Origin: Gammaproteobacteria bacterium
GTDB lineage: Bacteria; Pseudomonadota; Gammaproteobacteria; JABCZS01
Direction of reading: 5' to 3'
DNA: 64,000 nt
NCBI GenBank assembly: GCA_044445605.1
Contig: JBIOEA010000006.1
Coordinates: 1,918 to 65,917, forward strand
The position numbers and the translations under genes are program-made. Below the pieces are notes generated by a model. That model saw only the letters and a program-made list of their open reading frames with translations, ran no database searches and was not told the DNA's origin. Position 1 is the first letter of the stretch. Every line of letters begins with the position of its first letter. This document shows, piece after piece, positions 33,101 through 39,100 of this stretch.

Positions 33101-36100
33101 CGGCGTTACCGACGTCGGCGGCCTCTTTGGCTACACTGACCCAACCATCATTTCGGGCAGTAATACATTAACAACGGCTAGCTTGCCTTCTCACGGTATC
33201 ATCACGGGGACAACGAACGTGGGTGGATTATTTGGTTATGTGGATGCCGGCAGCACTGTCGCCAGCAACACCACCATGAGCACAGGCGCAGGTACGTCTG
33301 TCACCGGCACCAATTACGTCGGTGGATTAATCGGTAATTTAGATTCCACGGCAACATACAGCGTCACGAGTAGCACGGTCTTTACCAATCAAGCCAGTGT
33401 ATCCAGCAGTGGAGAAAATACTAACACCGGCGGTATTATCGGTGGTATTACCAATACTTCCGTCATCACGATTGCTAATGCATTAACGAATATGGGCAGC
33501 GTCTCTAATTCGAACATCGATAGCAGCAACCTGGGTGTTGCCGTCGGCGGCATGATGGGGCAACTCACCAGCAATGCTGCATTCACAGGAACACTACTGA
33601 ATCAAGGGGCTATAACAGGTGTTGGACAAGGCACCGGCGGTAGTAATGTCGGTGGATTGTTCGGTAGCATTACCGGTGGTACTTTAGGTACTTCATTAGG
33701 CGCGGGTTCCTTCACCAATTCAGGCGCGATCAATACAACCATTTCTAGCACGAATACCAATATTGGCGGCATTGCCGGTAATATCAGTGGTGGCACACTC
33801 TACGGAAATGACAGTAACACCGGCAACATCGGCAACAGCACGGCCAGCAGCATTGTAGGCGGATTGCTGGGTGTTGTCAGTGGCGGAAATGTCCATGCCT
33901 CGCTGACACAAACCTCCGGCACAGTCACTGGCACAAACGATATCGGTGGTGTCGTTGGCGAAATATCAACCCCTACTAGTTCTGGTTTTGCGCCTTCATT
34001 ACTGACCGCCTTGGCAGGCAATGTCACCGCCACGACCGCAGATGCAGGCGGTATCTTCGGGTCTATCAATAATGTGAATATCAGCAATGCGATGAGCACG
34101 GCATCAAACCTCACCCTAACAAGCGCTAATGGCGCGGGTGGACTTGTGGGATTAATGACAGGTGGCAATGCAGTGTTATCTGGTACCAATGCCATGAGCA
34201 ACGCAGCCACGTTTGGAGAATCCGTTTATGTCGGTGGTATCGTCGGCGTATTGCAAGGCAATGGCACATCGTTAACAACACCCCATATTACCAACACCAA
34301 CCTTTCTACCACGACGATCATTAATCCTGTCAACGTGTTAAACAATTTAACAGCGGTGGGCAGCGTTATTGGACAATTAAATAATGCGTTTTATGATAAT
34401 ACTAATATTGGAACGTCGATTGCAGATATCAATGCATCGCGATCAGTCACCGTGGGTGGGTTCGTGGGCGAAGCAGATAATTCAACGATAACTGCCGCAC
34501 TCACCGGCACTAACAATGTATTAGGTTATCAAAACGTCGGCGGATTAATAGGTGCGTTAGGCAACAGCAGTCTATCAAGCGGTAACCTCGTTGTCGGCGA
34601 TACGAATGTCGGACATAGCTACACCCTTGCGCTGGCTTCAGGCGGAAGCGGACTAGGGGGTGCTGTCGGTTTAATGTTGGGCAGTAACACAGTCCCATCA
34701 AGCATTGACCTCAGTAAAATTAGCATTAACAGTAATGTGGCATTTAGCGTCTCTGGTAATGCCGATGTTGGCGGGGCCATCGGTATCCTCAGCAATAATG
34801 ATAGCCTGACCAACACATTCAACACCCACGCATTAACCATTAATGGTGCGACGAACGTAGGAGCAGTGATAGGCTTAATCAACTCCGCAACGCTTGGCAG
34901 TGGCCTGACCTTCGGCAATGCCACGAATTTAACGAGCAACAGTACGAATGTCGGTGGCATCGCAGGCCATGTGTCCGGCACATTAGCAAACCCAACGTCG
35001 ATCAGCGCAACCCTCTCAGACACAGGCAGCATTTCAGGCAACGCCGTTGTAGGCGGTTTGTTTGGCTGGCTAGACGCCAACAGCACGTATTCACCTACTC
35101 ATGCTATTGCGATCTCTGGAATAACGATCAGTGGCACCGGTGATAAAGTCGGCGGTATTATCGGACAAATGCTCGGATCCAGTGCCACGCAACAAGCAGT
35201 CTTTAATCCCAGCAGTACGGTCACTGTATCGGGCACGTCGATCATATCAGGCGTCAACGATGTCGGTGGTATGCTTGGTCTGCTTGGAGATAACTCATCG
35301 TTTACACCTCAAGCAACAGTAGCCACCGCTTCTACTGTCGGCTCACCTGTCACGATCAATGGTTCGGGCAATCATATTGCCGGCATCATCGGATACGTCG
35401 ATAACACGAATATCACGCTCACAGCCACCTCACTGAGCAATGCCGCCAATGTTACGATGTCTGATGCAGGCACAGGTGTCGGTGGTGTTTTTGGTACATT
35501 CACGTTATCGAATGTCACGCTTGGGTTTGACATGAACAATTCAGGTACGATAACAGGACTCACCGCAACCAATGGTGTTGGTGGCATCACGGGCACGATG
35601 GCAGGCACTTCAGGTAATCTCATCATGCTTACCGGCAATCTCGTCAACAGCGGTAATATCGCAGGCAATACTGACACGGGTGGATTATTCGGTGACACGC
35701 AATATGTTAGCTTCGCGCAAAATGGCAATGTCGTCGAAAGCACAGCAGGCACCATCAGCGGCAACACGACTGTCGGTGGATTAATTGGCAAATTTGATGT
35801 AGGCAGCAATGTCGCCAGTACAACAACATTACAAAACATGTCCAATGTCACTGGCTTGCAATATGTCGGCGGTGTTCTCGGTGAAATGAGCGCTGGCACA
35901 ATCGCAAACACAGGGATGTTAGAAGAAAATAGCGGAACGCTCTCACTCGGTAGCACGGGATCAGATTTAGGCGGTGTCATCGGCCATGTCATGGGCAACG
36001 TTGCACTTTCCCTCAACAACCTATTTATTGCAGGCAACAACGTGACATTCAATATCACCAGCGGCGCCCAATCTATTGGCGGCGGCATTGGTTTAGTTGA

Positions 36101-39100
36101 AAATAGTGGCGTTAATATGCCTGCCATCAGCGGCACTTTCTTGAGCTCCGGCGCAAACGCCATCACGATTAATCATGGTACCTATGTCGGCGCCGCTATC
36201 GGTGAAGTCACGAATAACGGTGTGACGGGTACGAATGCATTCAATTCAAGCTTCCAAAACAATGCACCTCTCATCGCAACTTCAAGCAATGGCGTAGGTG
36301 GCGATATTGGTCTTGCTGTTGGTTTGGCCAATACCAATGCAAACCCTTTAAGCATCACAGGCACCCTTACCAATAACGCAAGTATCTCAGGCAATTCAAA
36401 AGTCGGTGGCACCATCGGTGTATTAAGTGATGCCAGTGTAACCGGCACACTTAACATGGCTAGCGGCAACCTCTCTGCTATCAGTGACCTCGGTGGATTG
36501 ATTGGACATGTCGTTGGCAACAGCAGTGTTGCATTGGGTGGGCTCACTTTTTCAAACACGGTCATATTTAATGTCCCTAACAATGCCACGGGTATTGGTG
36601 GTGCCATTGGTTTATTAGAAGATGACACAGCCGTCACACCTAACACACCCACACTGACTGGCACGTTTAATGCCAATAATACGGTCGGTGGCAATACACT
36701 GACCATCAGCAATGCAACGACAGGTGTGACGGATGTCGGTGCTGTCATTGGCATCATCAATAACGCCAGCAACTTTATAAGTACCTTTACCAATGCGACA
36801 AATGTCGTAGCAATAACGGCTGATGATGTCGGCGGCATCGCAGGGTTTGTATCAAACAGTGATTTAAAGAGTGGCACCCTTACCAATAATGCTAACATCA
36901 CGGGACGAAACAAGGTCGCCGGTATTTTGGGTGATGCAGACCCAACAACACTCGCTAATAACTATGTATTGGCTACAGGCAGCATTGTTTCAGGTAATTC
37001 AGACGTCGGTGGTTTATTCAACCTCACTACCGCGGGCGACACCATCGCAAATACCGCCACCCTGCTCACTCAAACAGGTAGCAGCGTCAGTGGTAATGCT
37101 AATGTCGGCGGCCTTATCGGTTTACTGGCCACTGGTACGAATTATAATGCAGTCACCAACACCTATACGAATAATGCCACGGTTTCAACCACGGCGGATA
37201 TCAGCAGCATCGGTGGCATATATGGCACGATTGGCTCTGCCCTTGTCATCACCAACTCGCTCACCAATGCGGGTATTGTTGAAACCACCTTCAGTGGCAC
37301 GCCTACCGTGTCAGCCATTGGCGGCATTACGGGTGATTTAAATGGCGTGACATTCGGCACATCCGCACATCCTATGACACTCACGAATACAGGTACTGTT
37401 GAAGGTGTTCGCAATGTCGGCGGATTGTTTGGACAATTATTAACAACAAGCACCTCCTCTGATTTAACACACGCCACATTAGTCTCATCTGGCATTGTCG
37501 AAGACGTTGGCACTGGCACACATACTAATATTGGCGGCATGATTGGATTCTTGAACAATGCCTCACTGCTCCCCGCATCTGTCACATCGAATGCAACGGT
37601 GACTGGCTCTAATACCGGCACCAGCAGCAGTGTGAATGTCGGCGATGTCATTGGACAAAGCACTGTCGCTATCAGCAGCGACTTAACTGGCGCTGGCACG
37701 GTAATAGGTTATAGCAATGTCGGTGAAGTCATTGGATTGTACAACGGCGGCATCCTATCAGGCAGGCTAACAGGCACGGGCAATGTATCAGGCAATCAAT
37801 ATGTCGGTGGCACGATAGGTGATTTTGCAGGCGGCAGTATCACCAATGTATTAACGTACAATACAGGCACACTGTCATTCTCGGGCCCCAGCGCTGCGAC
37901 ATTCACTGGCTTAGGCGGACTCATCGGCCATACAACTGGCGGCACCGTTGATTTAGGCAAATTGAGTGTTGGAAGTAGTACCGTATTTTCACCCAACAGT
38001 GGCTTTAATGTCGGTGGTGCAATCGGTATCGTTGAAAATGGCTCGACACTGGCAAACAATTTCACAACAAACCCACTCATCATCAACAATGCCACGAATG
38101 TCGGTGGAATCGCCGGCGAAATATTGAATGCAACACTCAATGCCATGACTTTCGCCAATGCCACGAACCTATCAAGCGATGGCACTGCCGTGGGTGGTGT
38201 CGCGGGCCTTATCATCGGCAGCAGTGTCAATTCAACCCTTAACAACAGCGGCACTATCACGGGCAATATTGCAACACAGCTCGGTGGCGTGGTGGGGTTA
38301 AGCCGAAACAGCACACTGTCAGGTACTTTTATCAACTCGGGTAACGTGGGCAATGATACCGATAGCAATGTCGGTGGTGTCGTTGGCGAAACCGATAACA
38401 CCATTCTTTCAGGCACTTTTCAACTCACCAATGGCACCGTCACCGGTAACACCCATGTGGGTGGATTGCTTGGCCTCACCACCAGCAATAGCTCAGCCAC
38501 CACTTCCACGCTGATGACCACTGCATCAGGTGCTTTTGTCGTCGGCAGTGCCAGTGTCGGCGGGCTCATCGGTGACATGGACAGTCTCATCTTTGCTGCT
38601 GGCAGCACGAATACGCTTGCTAACAGGGCAGACGTAACAACCTCAGCAGCCATCAATACCATCGGTGGTATCTTCGGTACTTCAGGGGTAGGCACAGGCA
38701 GCGGCATTGTGATCTACAGCCCACTCGCCAACGCAGGCTATGTACACAGTACTACAGCAACCGCTATTGGCGGCATCACCGGCGCTCCAGGCGTGTCAGG
38801 TAATACCATTACCTTTGAAAACACCCTCACCAATATGGGTACCGTATCAGGCACAGATAATGTCGGCGGATTATTTGGCGCACTGTTAAGTACCAGCGCG
38901 CTCACTGTCTTTAATGGCTCTGCTGTCTTGGTCGCTACCAGCAACAGCATTGTCAGCGGCACTGGCAATAATATTGGTGGCATGATTGGCTACTTGAACA
39001 ATGCCAGCATATTGCCCGGCGCGACAATAACATCTGCTGCCACCGTCAATGGCACAGGCACCAACGTCGGCGGTGTCCTCGGACAAAGCACAGTTTCTAT